From an uncultured bacterium (GTDB lineage: Bacteria > Bacteroidota > Bacteroidia > J057 > JADKCL01), in the NCBI GenBank assembly GCA_963923035.1, contig CAWUKT010000031.1:119-64118 (forward strand): 64,000 nt of DNA, given 5' to 3'. The notes under the pieces are model-generated. The model did not search any database. It saw nothing but the letters and a program-made list of their open reading frames with translations, and was not told the DNA's origin. Each line of letters starts with the position of its first letter. Position 1 is the stretch's first letter. Shown piece by piece: positions 9,130 to 20,301 of the stretch. Position numbers and translations under genes: made by a program.

Positions 9130-10917
9130 TTAGTCCAGTTGGAGTACCGCCATGAAGGCGCTCTGGGGAATCTCCACCGAGCCCACCTGGCGCATCCGTT
9201 TTTTCCCCTTCTTCTGTTTCTCCAAAAGTTTCCTTTTCCGCGAAATATCCCCTCCGTAACACTTCGCCGTCACGTCTTTCCGCAGGGCCCGAATGGTTTC
9301 CCGGGCGATGATCTTCGACCCGATGGCGGCCTGCAACGCAATCATGAATTGCTGGCGGGGGATCAGTTCCTTCAGCTTCAGGCAAAGTTTCTTGCCCCAA
9401 TCGAAGGCGCGGTCCCGGTGGATGATCGCGCTCAGGGCGTCCACCTGTTCTCCATTCACCAAAATGTCCAGCTTGACCATTCTCGATTGGCGCATCCCGA
9501 TCATCTCGTAGTCAAAGGACGCGTAGCCCTTGGAAATGGTCTTGAGGCGGTCGAAGAAGTCAAATACCACCTCGGTCAGCGGCAACTCGAAGGAAAGCTC
9601 GACGCGGTCGGTGGTGATATAGGTCTGGTTCTGGAAAATGCCGCGTTTGTCGATGCAGAGGTTCATGATCGGCCCGATATAATCGGACTTGGAGATGATC
9701 TGCGCGCGGATATAGGGTTCTTCGATGAAGTTAGTGCGGGCGGGATCGGGCATGTCACTCGGGTTGTTGACCGGAATGACTTCGCCGTTGCTGAGGTGGG
9801 CGCGGAAGCCTACGTTCGGGACCGTCGTGATGACGCTCATGTTGAACTCGCGTTCTAGGCGTTCCTGTACGATCTCCATGTGGAGCATGCCCAGGAAGCC
9901 GGTCCGGAATCCGAAACCGAGGGCGGCCGACGTCTCGGGTTCCCACACGAGCGCCGCATCATTGAGCTGGAGCTTTTCCAGCGAAGTCCGCAGGTCTTCG
10001 AAGTCTTCGGTATCGACGGGGTAAATCCCGGCAAATACCATCGGCTTGACCTCCTTGAAGCCTTCCACGGCCTCCGCCGCGGGGTTGCTGAGGGTCGTGA
10101 TGGTATCCCCGACCTTGATTTCGCGGACTTCCTTGATCCCGGAAATGAGGTAGCCCACACTGCCAGTCGGAATTTCTTTCCGCGGCTCCTGCTTCAGCTT
10201 GAGCACGCCGATCTCATCCGCGCCGTACTCGGAATTGGTGGCCATGAATTTCAGGCGGTCGCCCTTGCGGATGACGCCATCGAGGATCCGGAAATAGACA
10301 ATGGTGCCCCGGTAGGGATTGAAAACCGAGTCGAAGACGAGGGCCTTCAGGGGAGCTTCCGGGTTTCCGGAGGGTGCGGGCACCTTCTCCACGATGGCCT
10401 TCAGGATATCGGGAATGCCAAGGCCTTCCTTGGCGCTGGCGAGGATGATGTCTTCATCGTCACATCCGATCAGGTCGATGATTTCGTCCTTGACCTCTTC
10501 GACCATCGCACCGGGGAGGTCGATTTTGTTGACGACCGGGATGATTTCCAGGTCGTGCTCGATGGCGAGGTACAGGTTGGAGATGGTCTGGGCTTCTACG
10601 CCCTGGGCGGCATCGACCACCAGGAGAGCGCCTTCACAGGCGGCAATGGACCGGGAGACCTCGTAGGAGAAGTCGACGTGTCCGGGGGTATCGATCAGGT
10701 TGAGGGTATATTCAGTGCCCTCAAAAGGGAACGCCATCTGGATGGCGTGGCTTTTGATCGTGATACCTTTTTCCCGCTCCAGATCCATATCGTCCAGGAC
10801 CTGATTCATCATTTCCCGCTCGGTAATCGATCCGGTGTATTCGAGCAAGCGATCGGCCAGGGTACTCTTCCCGTGGTCGATGTGGGCAATGATGCAAAAG
10901 TTGCGGATGTTCTTCAT
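9130..10917 (-). CDS. lepA: Translation elongation factor 4
   Basis: [48 protein letters not shown]. Confidence 0.98.
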   Translation of the reverse strand: MKNIRNFCIIAHIDHGKSTLADRLLEYTGSITEREMMNQVLDDMDLEREKGITIKSHAIQMAFPFEGTEYTLNLIDTPGHVDFSYEVSRSIAACEGALLVVDAAQGVEAQTISNLYLAIEHDLEIIPVVNKIDLPGAMVEEVKDEIIDLIGCDDEDIILASAKEGLGIPDILKAIVEKVPAPSGNPEAPLKALVFDSVFNPYRGTIVYFRILDGVIRKGDRLKFMATNSEYGADEIGVLKLKQEPRKEIPTGSVGYLISGIKEVREIKVGDTITTLSNPAAEAVEGFKEVKPMVFAGIYPVDTEDFEDLRTSLEKLQLNDAALVWEPETSAALGFGFRTGFLGMLHMEIVQERLEREFNMSVITTVPNVGFRAHLSNGEVIPVNNPSDMPDPARTNFIEEPYIRAQIISKSDYIGPIMNLCIDKRGIFQNQTYITTDRVELSFELPLTEVVFDFFDRLKTISKGYASFDYEMIGMRQSRMVKLDILVNGEQVDALSAIIHRDRAFDWGKKLCLKLKELIPRQQFMIALQAAIGSKIIARETIRALRKDVTAKCYGGDISRKRKLLEKQKKGKKRMRQVGSVEIPQSAFMAVLQLD

Positions 10918-11025
10918 AGTCTGGGGAACATTGGTTCAAGGGGACTCGAAAGGGGTCTCCTCTTCGTCCGGTACAAAATTAAGGGTTACCGTGCATTAAT
11001 CGATGATTTTTCTGTCCGTAACCGC

Positions 11026-12393
11026 TCAATTCTTCTGCCGTTCCAACCCGTACTTTTCGATTTTGTTGTACAAGTGGCTTCTTTGGATATCAATTTCTTC
11101 CGCGGTCCGGGTGATGTTCCAGCTGTTTTTCTTCAATTTCCGCTCAATAAACTCTTTTTCGGCGGCGTCCTTGAATTCCTGGAACTTGTCGTAGCGGTCA
11201 AAAAAGCTCTCTTCGGTTTTGCGGGTGTGACGGGGAATGGCAAAGGCTTCGACTTCGCTTTCGGTGATTTCCGCGTCACTCAGGATGATGAGGCGCTCAA
11301 TCACGTTCCGCAATTCCCGTACGTTCCCCCGCCAATCCAATTTGACAAGTTCTTCCATTGCCTTCTTGGTGATTTTGGTCGTCGGGACCTTGTATTCCTC
11401 GCAGATTTCCCGGAGGAACTGCTCGATGAGGAGCGGAATATCTTCCTTGCGTTCCCGGAGGGAGGGCACGTGAATCAGGATAACGCTGAGGCGGTGATAA
11501 AGGTCTTCGCGGAAATTGTTCTCTTCGATTTCGTGGAGCAAGTCCTTGTTGGTTGCCGCGACGATCCGAACGTCCACGTTGAGGTCTTTGTCGCCGCCGA
11601 CCCGGGTGATCTTGTTTTCCTGGAGGGCCCGCAACACTTTGGCCTGGGCGCTGAGGCTCATGTCCCCGATTTCATCGAGGAAAAGCGTTCCGCCATTGGC
11701 CTGTTCGAATTTTCCGATCCGCTGCTTGAGGGCTCCCGTAAAGGCGCCTTTTTCATGCCCAAACAATTCGGACTCGATCAATTCACTGGGAATGGCCGCA
11801 CAGTTGACTTCGATGATGGGGCCTTCCGCCCGGTTGGACTTTTCGTGGATCCACCGCGCGACCAATTCTTTACCGGTACCATTGGAGCCTGTGACCAGGA
11901 CCCGGGCATCGGTCGGCGCCACCCGCTCGATGGTTTCTTTGATCTTGGAGATGATGGGCGATTCACCGGTAATTTCCCGCACCTTGGTCACCTTCCGCTT
12001 CAAAATCCGCGTCTCGGTCACCAATTCGGTTTTGTCCATCGCATTCCGCACCGACACCAACAAGCGGTTCAGGTCCGGCGGCTTCTGAATAAAGTCATAG
12101 GCTCCTTTTTTGGTGGCATCCACCGCCGTTTCCACGTTCGCATGGCCGGAGATCATGATGAACTGAAGCTCGGGATTGTACTTGAGGGCCTCTTCCAGGA
12201 CTTCAAGACCATCTTTCTTGGGCATCTTGACATCACAAAGGATGGCGTCGTAATCCTTTGCTTTGATCTTTTTCAACCCATCTTCTCCATCTACCGCTGT
12301 TTCAACCTGATAGTCTTCGTATTCAAGGATGTCCTTCAGGGTTCCCCGAATCGCTTCCTCATCGTCGATGATTAATATTTTGGGCGCTTTCAT
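11026..12393 (-). CDS. Sigma-54-dependent response regulator (NtrC/NtrX family)
   Basis: Receiver domain, GSNGTGKE Walker A, ESELFGHEKGAFTGA, Fis-type HTH. Confidence 0.95.
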   Translation of the reverse strand: MKAPKILIIDDEEAIRGTLKDILEYEDYQVETAVDGEDGLKKIKAKDYDAILCDVKMPKKDGLEVLEEALKYNPELQFIMISGHANVETAVDATKKGAYDFIQKPPDLNRLLVSVRNAMDKTELVTETRILKRKVTKVREITGESPIISKIKETIERVAPTDARVLVTGSNGTGKELVARWIHEKSNRAEGPIIEVNCAAIPSELIESELFGHEKGAFTGALKQRIGKFEQANGGTLFLDEIGDMSLSAQAKVLRALQENKITRVGGDKDLNVDVRIVAATNKDLLHEIEENNFREDLYHRLSVILIHVPSLRERKEDIPLLIEQFLREICEEYKVPTTKITKKAMEELVKLDWRGNVRELRNVIERLIILSDAEITESEVEAFAIPRHTRKTEESFFDRYDKFQEFKDAAEKEFIERKLKKNSWNITRTAEEIDIQRSHLYNKIEKYGLERQKN

Positions 12394-12473
12394 TGTCTTT
12401 TATATCAGACGGAAAATTAGGGAATACGTATAGCTTTTCAAACAGAGGGGGAAATTTGTGGATTAAAAAATAA

Positions 12474-12503
12474 ACAGAGGGCTGACCAATGGCCAGCCCT
12501 CTG
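12474..12503 (-). terminator. Rho-independent terminator after the large T9SS gene
   Basis: CAGAGGGCTG..CAGCCCTCTG stem; T-rich tail on the minus strand. Confidence 0.65.
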
Positions 12504-12525
12504 CATGTAATAGGAGTTATGGGGA

Positions 12526-15500
12526 TCAATCGATGGTGACCCGGCGGGTGATGATCTTCGAACCGGAAGTAAACCGGAGGAAGTACATGCCGCGGCTGAT
12601 ATCGTTGATGCTAACTTTCTCATCGATGGTACCGCTGACTTGCTCGTAGAGCTTGCCATATACCTGCTGACCAGTTACGGTGAACATTTCGACGGTGACG
12701 TCGGAGAGGTCGTAATTGGTGAAGGAGTAGGTGAAGGTACCGTTGTTCGGGTTCGGGAAGATGGAGATGGACTCAGCGCGGAGACCGTCTTCAATACCGA
12801 CCACATCCAGGTTCTGGGTGATGGTGTCGCTTCCACAAACGTTGGTGACAATCAAGGTAACGGTGTAGTTGCCGTCAGCAGCATAGGTGTGGGTCGGGTC
12901 CTGACCGGTGTCCGTGTTGCTGTCGCCGAAGTCCCAATCAAAGCTGGTGGCATTTGCAGTACCCGTGTAGGTGAAGTCAAATACCAGACCGGTTCCGTCA
13001 ACGCTGAAGCTAAAGGCGGAAGTCGGGGTCGTTTCGGTGGCAACCGTAATGTCGTCTACACCCAGGCAGCCCAGGTTGTCAGTCGTCGTTACCGAGTAAG
13101 TACCAGCGGTAGAAACGTTGATCGTCTGGGTCGTGTCGGACGTGGACCATGCGTAGGTCACGGCGGACCCTGCATCCAGGTTCAGGGCAGCACCATCACA
13201 GAGGGTGGTATCTACACCGAGATCGACATTGTTGGTCTGGACACTGATCGTGATGTTGTCATCGCCCATACAGCCGTTCGCGTCGGTGACGGTTACGGCA
13301 TAGGCACCACCACCTACGGCAATGGTTTGAGAAGTATCACTGGTGTTCCAGAAGTAGGTGCTACCGGGGTTGCCGGCATCGAGGGCAGCCAGGGTACCGT
13401 TACAGATCGTGGTGTCGGGACCAAGGTCAACCGTCGGATCGGCGTTGATGGCCACGTTGATGGTGTCAGAAGCCTCACAACCGTTGGTGTCGGTTACGTC
13501 AACGAAGTACTGACCGGTCATCGTAACTACGATGGAAGCAATGGAATCACCGGTGCTCCAGTCGTAATCGAGGGTCGCACCGTTGGTGGCGTCCAGGGTT
13601 ACAGGAGTAGATCCACAAGTGGCGGTGTCTGCGCCGAGGTTGGCCACTGCACCTACACCTTGGATACCGGTTACAGGCGCACGCTCATCGCTACAGGGCT
13701 CGTTACCGAAGTGAACGTAGCCGTTGAAGTTACGCGGGGAGAAGGTGGAACCGGTGAAGAACGGAGTGCCTTTACCAACACCTTCATTGACCCGGAAGAT
13801 CGAGTTCTGTGCGAGGAGACCACCGACAGTAGTACCGTTGGTGTAGGAGTTACCGCCATCGGTTGCGACATAGAAGCCCATGGTAGAACCTGCGGCGATG
13901 AACTGGTTGAAGCTGGTCGGGATGTAGTAGATACCGGCCGTACCAACGGTGAAGTTCTGAACGGAGCCCAGGAGGGTCCAGCCAGCGTTGGAGCCTTCGT
14001 TGCCGACGTGGGAACCTGAAGTATAAGCCCAGATCTCAATGTTGGCGTGGGTGGTGGCATTGAGGAACATACTAAAGCCAGTGATGGTCACATCCTGGAA
14101 GGCCTCAATGTCAAACATGTTACCGTTGGAGCCGTTACCAGCTGCGTTGGTGGTGAACAGGGAGTCCGCTACCCCACCGTACTGAACGAAGTAGGTCGGC
14201 TGGGTGGTCACAGACGGGATGGTATAAGAGCTGCCGATTCCAACCGGAATGGTGTCGGTCAGGTTGGCATACCATTCGTAGGACACGCCAGGAATCTGGT
14301 CGCCGAAGATGTCGACGCTATCAGAACCACAACCATATCCACTAAATCCACCCGGGACGAACGGAATGAAGGAGATGTTGAAGGAACCGAGCAGGGTGTC
14401 GTTGCTGGCATCCTGGTCACCAGTAAGGGCCGTATAACCGGTGATGCTGATGTTGCCACCGTTATAGGTGTTGAGGAAGCCAGCGATAACCGTGTCATTG
14501 TTTCCGAAGAGGAGGGTATCGGAATAGGTATAGTTGATGGTCTGGTTGATGTCACCCGTTACTTCGATCACAATCGGGAGGTTGGTGAACGGATTCACAC
14601 CCAGGTTACCAATTACGATTTCAATCGGAGTCAAGCTGTCACCACAAACAGTTCCAGCCGGGGAGATAATGGCAATACCGACAGCGTCAGTGGTATTCGG
14701 AGTGTATTCATCCGCACCAATGTCCACGGTGGTAGAACCGGAAGCCGGGCGGGCATCGCCATCGGCATCAATGGTGATACCAACGGAGTTGTCACCAGCA
14801 TCGTTGGCAATAGCGCCACGTACGTGGAGGTCAGCTTTGCCGTTGACAAACAGCGGATCACCTTCAACAGAAGCCTGGTTATTCGTTCCAGAACCAGTCT
14901 GGAGGGCAAGCAGGTCAGCGTAGTTGTTGGCACCATTGCGGAACAGCACCCCACCACCATCGTTCCAGTAGACGTTGTAGTCAAACAGAACATTGACCAT
15001 GGTATTCAGGTCGTCCAGCGTGTAGGCGGCGTACAGCGTACCCGCGAAGATGTTGTTGACAACATTGACATTGACAATGTCATTGCTGTAGTAGCCAATG
15101 TTACCGTAGCAAGTATTGTGGTAGATGTTCGTTTCTTCGGTATCGTCCGTGTACAGGGCGTAATCGGTCAGAGAGGAAACGAAGTTGTTGATGATCGTAC
15201 TTTGGGTGGAAGGGTTGTTGCCGAAGTTACCATCGGAAATGTAGATGCCCCAGTCCGGGATTTCCAGTACGACGTTTTCTTCAATGTGGAAATTCGAAAT
15301 GTCCAGCAGGTAAATACCATCACCAAACGTGGCATCCGGAGCGTTGACAATGTTGCCAATGACATCCAGGCTGTCCTGAGCGGATACATAGATGGGATAT
15401 ACATACTGGTCATCAAATTCGTTGTCGATGATGGAGTTACCCACATCGTAGGGCTGAGCGGTGCTGATACCATTGAAACGGACACCGTAGTAACCACCAT

Positions 15501-16941
15501 TGATGGTCGAGTTTGAAACGGTACAGTTCCAGGCGTTGCGGCCAGCGGAAAAGACGGTGGAGGGGTCACTGGAAGAAACGACACCGGCAACGGTAGAAAT
15601 GGTCGTGACGATCATTTCGATCCGGCAGCTATCAATGTGGTTCCAGTCGGCGGAGTCATTCAGCATGACACCAGCCGAGGTTGCGGCGCCCGTGTTTTGA
15701 ATGGTTACATTCTTGATGGTTACGTAGTCCGTACCAATCAATTCAACTGTATTGCCTCCATTCGAAGCAATGGTTACCAAAGAGGTGTCGCCACCATTGA
15801 AGGTAATGGTATTGGCAGCACTGGCTCCGGGAACGGGGGCCGCAAAGGTAATGGGGCCATAGGTTCCGCCAATGATATTGAAGGTGACGGGTCCGGAGAT
15901 GCCACATTCTACAATTGCGTCAGCTGCTTCATCAGGAGTGGTAAAGGCTTGACCCGCGCCAACTGCAAAGGTGCCAGCGTAAGGCGTACAGAAGGATGCG
16001 AAGGTCGTGTCGTTACAGGGCTGCAAGTCGGTGGATCCATTCGGATCGGATACCCATGCGCGGGCAGTGGAGTTACCTACGGGGAGGTTGGCAGTACCCA
16101 GGAACACGTTCGTGATGGCTCCAGGCGCAAGGACGCCCGCGAAAGGTTGCGTCATGATCATACCATTGTTCACCTGCCAATTTACATTGAAGGAAGTCAA
16201 GGGCGTAAGGCCGAGGTTGACCACGTCAACTGCAAAGGTGTTGGAACCTACGTTAATGGGGTTGACCGGACTGGTAAATCCAAGTACAGCCGCATCAAGG
16301 GTGTTGAGCGTGATGAAAGAGACGTCATCAATTGCAATGTCACCGGTGAAGCTGTTGCCTGAGGTGGCGCGGAAGCGGAGCTGGAACTGAGAGCCGACGA
16401 AGGAGGCCAGGTTCAGTGTGTCCGCGAGCCACTGGTCAAGGTTGCCAGTGTAGGGAGGAACCAGGTCGGGAGCCCAGGGACTGGGAACACCCCCAACGAT
16501 GGTGCGGGAGTCGATGTGGAGGTTGTCGATGGTGGCACCAAACAGGTGCCGCCAGAAGATCATCGACAAGTTGGAAATACCAGTTGCGTCGATGATGGGC
16601 GTCTCTACGTGAGCAGAGTCGTCAAAGCCACTACATCCGCCGGAAGTTTCCAGGTAAATGTAGTTGCCGGAGCCTGTAGTGTGGTCGCCGGAAGGACCTG
16701 TACTACCGGATGTAGTACCGCCACTCCAGACTGTCCAGTCCTGTGTGTCGTCTACTCCTTGTGTCCAGCCATTGGTTAGCGGACAGGCAACTCCACAAGA
16801 GTTAGAGCAGCCGCCTTGGTCGTCAAAGTCTGTCACATAAGGAAAACAGTCGACGACTAACTGGGCATTGGCGGATTGGTTCCAGCCAACTACACCCAGC
16901 AAGAGTAGTAGTAATAATAGTGGTTGGTATCGTTTTTTCAT
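12526..16941 (-). CDS. Large T9SS type A cargo protein (MAM-like domain, beta-helix, Ig-like repeats, PKD, CTD), probable adhesin
   Basis: 1471 aa; signal peptide; MAM-like TGPSGDHTTGSGNYIYLETS and GDIAIDDV; beta-helix repeats; LGxDTTxC Ig units; PKD WDFGD; IFPNPN CTD. Confidence 0.88.
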   Translation of the reverse strand: MKKRYQPLLLLLLLLGVVGWNQSANAQLVVDCFPYVTDFDDQGGCSNSCGVACPLTNGWTQGVDDTQDWTVWSGGTTSGSTGPSGDHTTGSGNYIYLETSGGCSGFDDSAHVETPIIDATGISNLSMIFWRHLFGATIDNLHIDSRTIVGGVPSPWAPDLVPPYTGNLDQWLADTLNLASFVGSQFQLRFRATSGNSFTGDIAIDDVSFITLNTLDAAVLGFTSPVNPINVGSNTFAVDVVNLGLTPLTSFNVNWQVNNGMIMTQPFAGVLAPGAITNVFLGTANLPVGNSTARAWVSDPNGSTDLQPCNDTTFASFCTPYAGTFAVGAGQAFTTPDEAADAIVECGISGPVTFNIIGGTYGPITFAAPVPGASAANTITFNGGDTSLVTIASNGGNTVELIGTDYVTIKNVTIQNTGAATSAGVMLNDSADWNHIDSCRIEMIVTTISTVAGVVSSSDPSTVFSAGRNAWNCTVSNSTINGGYYGVRFNGISTAQPYDVGNSIIDNEFDDQYVYPIYVSAQDSLDVIGNIVNAPDATFGDGIYLLDISNFHIEENVVLEIPDWGIYISDGNFGNNPSTQSTIINNFVSSLTDYALYTDDTEETNIYHNTCYGNIGYYSNDIVNVNVVNNIFAGTLYAAYTLDDLNTMVNVLFDYNVYWNDGGGVLFRNGANNYADLLALQTGSGTNNQASVEGDPLFVNGKADLHVRGAIANDAGDNSVGITIDADGDARPASGSTTVDIGADEYTPNTTDAVGIAIISPAGTVCGDSLTPIEIVIGNLGVNPFTNLPIVIEVTGDINQTINYTYSDTLLFGNNDTVIAGFLNTYNGGNISITGYTALTGDQDASNDTLLGSFNISFIPFVPGGFSGYGCGSDSVDIFGDQIPGVSYEWYANLTDTIPVGIGSSYTIPSVTTQPTYFVQYGGVADSLFTTNAAGNGSNGNMFDIEAFQDVTITGFSMFLNATTHANIEIWAYTSGSHVGNEGSNAGWTLLGSVQNFTVGTAGIYYIPTSFNQFIAAGSTMGFYVATDGGNSYTNGTTVGGLLAQNSIFRVNEGVGKGTPFFTGSTFSPRNFNGYVHFGNEPCSDERAPVTGIQGVGAVANLGADTATCGSTPVTLDATNGATLDYDWSTGDSIASIVVTMTGQYFVDVTDTNGCEASDTINVAINADPTVDLGPDTTICNGTLAALDAGNPGSTYFWNTSDTSQTIAVGGGAYAVTVTDANGCMGDDNITISVQTNNVDLGVDTTLCDGAALNLDAGSAVTYAWSTSDTTQTINVSTAGTYSVTTTDNLGCLGVDDITVATETTPTSAFSFSVDGTGLVFDFTYTGTANATSFDWDFGDSNTDTGQDPTHTYAADGNYTVTLIVTNVCGSDTITQNLDVVGIEDGLRAESISIFPNPNNGTFTYSFTNYDLSDVTVEMFTVTGQQVYGKLYEQVSGTIDEKVSINDISRGMYFLRFTSGSKIITRRVTID

Positions 16942-17030
16942 ACCCCTAACAATTCTGTGATTAATTTAAAATGGAATAATGTTGACCCGTTAAGTAAATA
17001 TCAATTTCCTAATCATTTTCCAGAAAAACA

Positions 17031-17062
17031 AAAACCGGTAGCCAATCAGGGGCCACCGGTTT
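17031..17062 (-). terminator. Probable terminator
   Basis: AAACCGGT.GCC....GGCCACCGGTTT stem; T-run on the minus strand. Confidence 0.55.
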
Positions 17063-17085
17063 CGTGTATTTTATGGGGTTTCTCC

Positions 17086-17763
17086 TTAGAAGAAGTAACC
17101 GAGGTTCAGCGCGATGTAATTCAAACGGCTACTTACTCCGGTGCTCTGAGTGTCGGTATAGCTCAGCAATCCCCAGTGGTAAGTCGCGGCGAATTCAAGC
17201 ATTCCCCAGTCAAATTCCCAGTCCAATCCGGCCCCGGGAACGAAAGACATGGTGAAGAGATTGATGTCGTCTGAATCAACCGTTTCAGTGGTGGTGCTGA
17301 CACCGCCAATGGTGAGGGTGGATTTGGTGCGGTTTTGCAAGTTCAACTCCGGATTGACTCCAAAGTGGCCCACAACATACATTCCGTTGCCGATTTCCGG
17401 GGAGCGGAATTTAAGGCCCAACGGAATCTCAATGGCAGTAAAGGAGGTTTTGGCGCTCAGCTGAGTGCCGGCAATTTCATCGGTTTCGGTGCGAACACCT
17501 TTGGTGGCAATATTGACACCGGTGCGGATTCCAACGGTTTCGCTGAATCCGTAGGTCAGGACAAAGTCAAAGGAAAAACCAAGGGCAGCCCTTGTGTTCA
17601 AGCCTTCGGGCTTTGTTTTGGTGGAGTCATCCACAATGCTTCCCCAAGCGATCAGCGGGCTGGCCCGGAAGCCAATCTTGATCCCTTCCTGGGCCATGGC
17701 TGGTTTAACAGCGGCCAGAGAAAGTAGCAGCAACATGATCGTAAAGACGACGGTTCTTTTCAT
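17086..17763 (-). CDS. Outer-membrane beta-barrel protein (PorT/OMP_b-brl_2-like)
   Basis: Signal peptide, amphipathic strands, IEIPLGLKF motif, C-terminal LGYFF. Confidence 0.8.
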   Translation of the reverse strand: MKRTVVFTIMLLLLSLAAVKPAMAQEGIKIGFRASPLIAWGSIVDDSTKTKPEGLNTRAALGFSFDFVLTYGFSETVGIRTGVNIATKGVRTETDEIAGTQLSAKTSFTAIEIPLGLKFRSPEIGNGMYVVGHFGVNPELNLQNRTKSTLTIGGVSTTTETVDSDDINLFTMSFVPGAGLDWEFDWGMLEFAATYHWGLLSYTDTQSTGVSSRLNYIALNLGYFF

Positions 17764-17859
17764 AAGTTCTGGTATTGTGTTACTTATTTTTTTTAGCCTT
17801 TCCGAGCAAAAATCGTTCCGGCAACACCCTCAAAAATAAACATTTTGAAATTACAATCA

Positions 17860-17867
17860 TATTTTTG
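17860..17867 (+). promoter_or_regulatory. -7 promoter element for gldB
   Basis: TATTTTTG 26 nt upstream of the ATG. Confidence 0.5.
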
Positions 17868-17893
17868 CCGCCAATTCAAAGAGGATACACTGC

Positions 17894-18958
17894 ATGAATA
17901 AATTAAAAATCGGGTGGTGGTTTATGGCCTTGGTCGGGATACTTCTCGGATTCCAGGGCTGTGAAAATGATACCGGAGACCTTCCCCTTGACGAGATCGA
18001 GATTGATTTCCGAACCAATCGGTTGGATTTGGACATGCTAGAGGCTGCCCGCCAATACCAATCGAATCCCCAGGCTGACTCAAGTGTCATTTTTGACCAG
18101 TTTTTCAAGGATGACCAGGACTTTCTGGTGGACTGGTTCTTCTACGGAAATGATACCATTGGCACGGACTCAGCCTTAACTGTGATCATGTCCGATTTTC
18201 TCACCGATTCCAATGCCCTGGATTTATTGGAAGAAGTCGCAACTACGTTTCCCGCTTCGAATGAGGCTTGGTCCGAGGAGATTGAAAAGGTCTTCAAACG
18301 AATCCATTACTACCTCCCCAATCACCCCATTCCGGTGGTCGTCACCTTTGCCGATGGTTACCCAAGGAGCATCCAGCAGGGATTGGAGCAATTTGTGGTT
18401 ACTCCCAAATACCTGGGGGTGGGGCTACATTATTTGATGGGAGCCGATTACCAGTACTATCCCCCTGACTTGCCCCGCTACCTGAGCCGGCGGTTCAACC
18501 TGGAGCACCTCCCCGCCCAGGTCGCACACAAATACGCGGATCTCTATATCCCCGAACCAAGAATCGAAACAAATCCAGTATTGATTGACCGAATCGTCCA
18601 GCAGGGGCTGCAAATGCATTTTGTTGATTTGGTCATGGGGCCATCTGTTCCCGATTCCGTCAAGCTCTTTTACACCACCGCCCAAATCGACTGGGCCAAT
18701 ACCTACGAGGCACGGGCCTATAAGGATATCGTTCCGGTTTTGTACGATGTCAACTCAGATCTGATGCGGCGGTACATCGATGACAGCCCATTTACCAGCC
18801 AACTCAACCGGAAATCCGCCCCCCGATTGGGCCAATATTTGGGTTGGAAGATCATCCAAACTTACGTGGCCAAATACCCGGATGAACCCTTCAATGAGCT
18901 GATTCAGCGGACCGACTACCGCCAAATCTTTCAACAAGCGGGCTATCGGCCAGGGTAG
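17894..18958 (+). CDS. gldB: Gliding motility lipoprotein GldB
   Basis: Lipobox FQGC; LGVGLHYLMG..Y..Y, PRYLSRRF, PFTS...SAPRLGQYLGWKII, GYRP. Confidence 0.8.
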   Translation: MNKLKIGWWFMALVGILLGFQGCENDTGDLPLDEIEIDFRTNRLDLDMLEAARQYQSNPQADSSVIFDQFFKDDQDFLVDWFFYGNDTIGTDSALTVIMSDFLTDSNALDLLEEVATTFPASNEAWSEEIEKVFKRIHYYLPNHPIPVVVTFADGYPRSIQQGLEQFVVTPKYLGVGLHYLMGADYQYYPPDLPRYLSRRFNLEHLPAQVAHKYADLYIPEPRIETNPVLIDRIVQQGLQMHFVDLVMGPSVPDSVKLFYTTAQIDWANTYEARAYKDIVPVLYDVNSDLMRRYIDDSPFTSQLNRKSAPRLGQYLGWKIIQTYVAKYPDEPFNELIQRTDYRQIFQQAGYRPG

Positions 18959-19193
18959 AATCTGGACTCCCCAATTTTTCTTTTCCTCGTTTGCTGCCGA
19001 TAAGGCAAAGATCCTTTAGGATTTGATTGGTCGGAGCCGGGGAAAATGTCATCACTGATCCTGGCCTTTGCTCGGGGAATCAGTCACTTCGAAGAATCCA
19101 CACTCCCTTGATTTCTATTGCCCGGACCCTGATCCCATGCTGGTGGTATACGCGAATATTTCTTAATTTGCGCGGAAATTAGACCATCTTTTC

Positions 19194-20291
19194 ATGGATT
19201 CAGAAGTCAAAAAAACAACACTCAACGCAACCCACCATAGCCTCGGGGCAAAGATGATCCCATTCGCGGGCTACGAGATGCCAGTTCGCTATTCTGGTGA
19301 TAAGGCTGAACACCTCTGCGTCAGGGAGCGAGCAGGTGTTTTTGACGTTAGTCACATGGGCGAATTCATTGTCAGGGGTCCGAAAGCCCTGGAGTTGGTC
19401 CAAAAGGTTACATCGAACAATGCAGCCAAATTGGTGGATGGAAAGGCACAATATTCCTGCCTTCCCAATCACCAGGGAGGAATCGTCGATGATCTGATCG
19501 TGTACCGAATTGCGGATGACCAGTACATGTTGGTGGTCAATGCTGCAAATATCCAGAAGGACTGGGACTGGATTTCAGAATCCAATGCGTCCATTGGAGC
19601 AGAGATGGTCGACATTTCCGATGCGACGTCCCTGTTGGCTGTCTCAGGACCAAAGGCCGGTGAAATCGTTCAGAAGCTGACCCAAATGCCCGTGAGCGAT
19701 CTGCCCTATTATGGGTTCCATTACGGAGAAGTATTGGGAATTGACCGTTTTCTGGTCGCAACGACCGGCTATACAGGAGAACGAACCTTTGAAATCTTTT
19801 TCCGAAAACAACATTCTCAAAAAATCTGGGATGCGCTGTTTGAAGAAGGAACTCCGCTGGGTCTGGAGCCGACAGGACTCGGTGCCCGGGACACATTGCG
19901 CCTGGAAATGGGGTATATGCTTTACGGAAACGACATTGATGATACCACCTCACCGCTTGAAGCGGGCCTGGGTTGGATTACCAAGCTGAAAAAAGGTGAC
20001 TTCAACGGCCGTGAAGCGATCCAAAAAGTCAAAGAACAAGGTATCATCCGTAAGCTGGTGGGCTTTAAGATGATTGACCGGGGAATTCCCCGGAGTGGTT
20101 ACGATATTGCCTCCAACGGTGAAGTCGTCGGCAAAGTTACTTCTGGAACCATGAGCCCGCTTCTGGGATACGGAATTGGCATGGGGTATGTCCCCGTCGG
20201 TCTTGCCCAGCCTGGCACCAAACTGGAAATTTTGGTTCGAAACAAGCAATTGACTGCTGAAATCGTAAAACCTCCGTTTATCGAGAAGTAA
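19194..20291 (+). CDS. gcvT: Glycine cleavage system aminomethyltransferase T
   Basis: FAGYEMPVRY, FDVSHMGE, TGYTGE, GLGARDTLRLEMG. Confidence 0.97.
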   Translation: MDSEVKKTTLNATHHSLGAKMIPFAGYEMPVRYSGDKAEHLCVRERAGVFDVSHMGEFIVRGPKALELVQKVTSNNAAKLVDGKAQYSCLPNHQGGIVDDLIVYRIADDQYMLVVNAANIQKDWDWISESNASIGAEMVDISDATSLLAVSGPKAGEIVQKLTQMPVSDLPYYGFHYGEVLGIDRFLVATTGYTGERTFEIFFRKQHSQKIWDALFEEGTPLGLEPTGLGARDTLRLEMGYMLYGNDIDDTTSPLEAGLGWITKLKKGDFNGREAIQKVKEQGIIRKLVGFKMIDRGIPRSGYDIASNGEVVGKVTSGTMSPLLGYGIGMGYVPVGLAQPGTKLEILVRNKQLTAEIVKPPFIEK

Positions 20292-20301
20292 GCCCTGAAA
20301 T

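Noticed and set aside
9880-12375. Long antisense ORFs (for example 9880..12375, 28826..30889, 32266..33873, 4376..5971, 60440..61660)
   Set aside because: They are shadows of well-supported genes, expected with high GC3 codon bias.
18959-19193. Glycine riboswitch upstream of gcvT
   Set aside because: The conserved GGAGA / CCGAAG / CTCTCAGG elements were not found.
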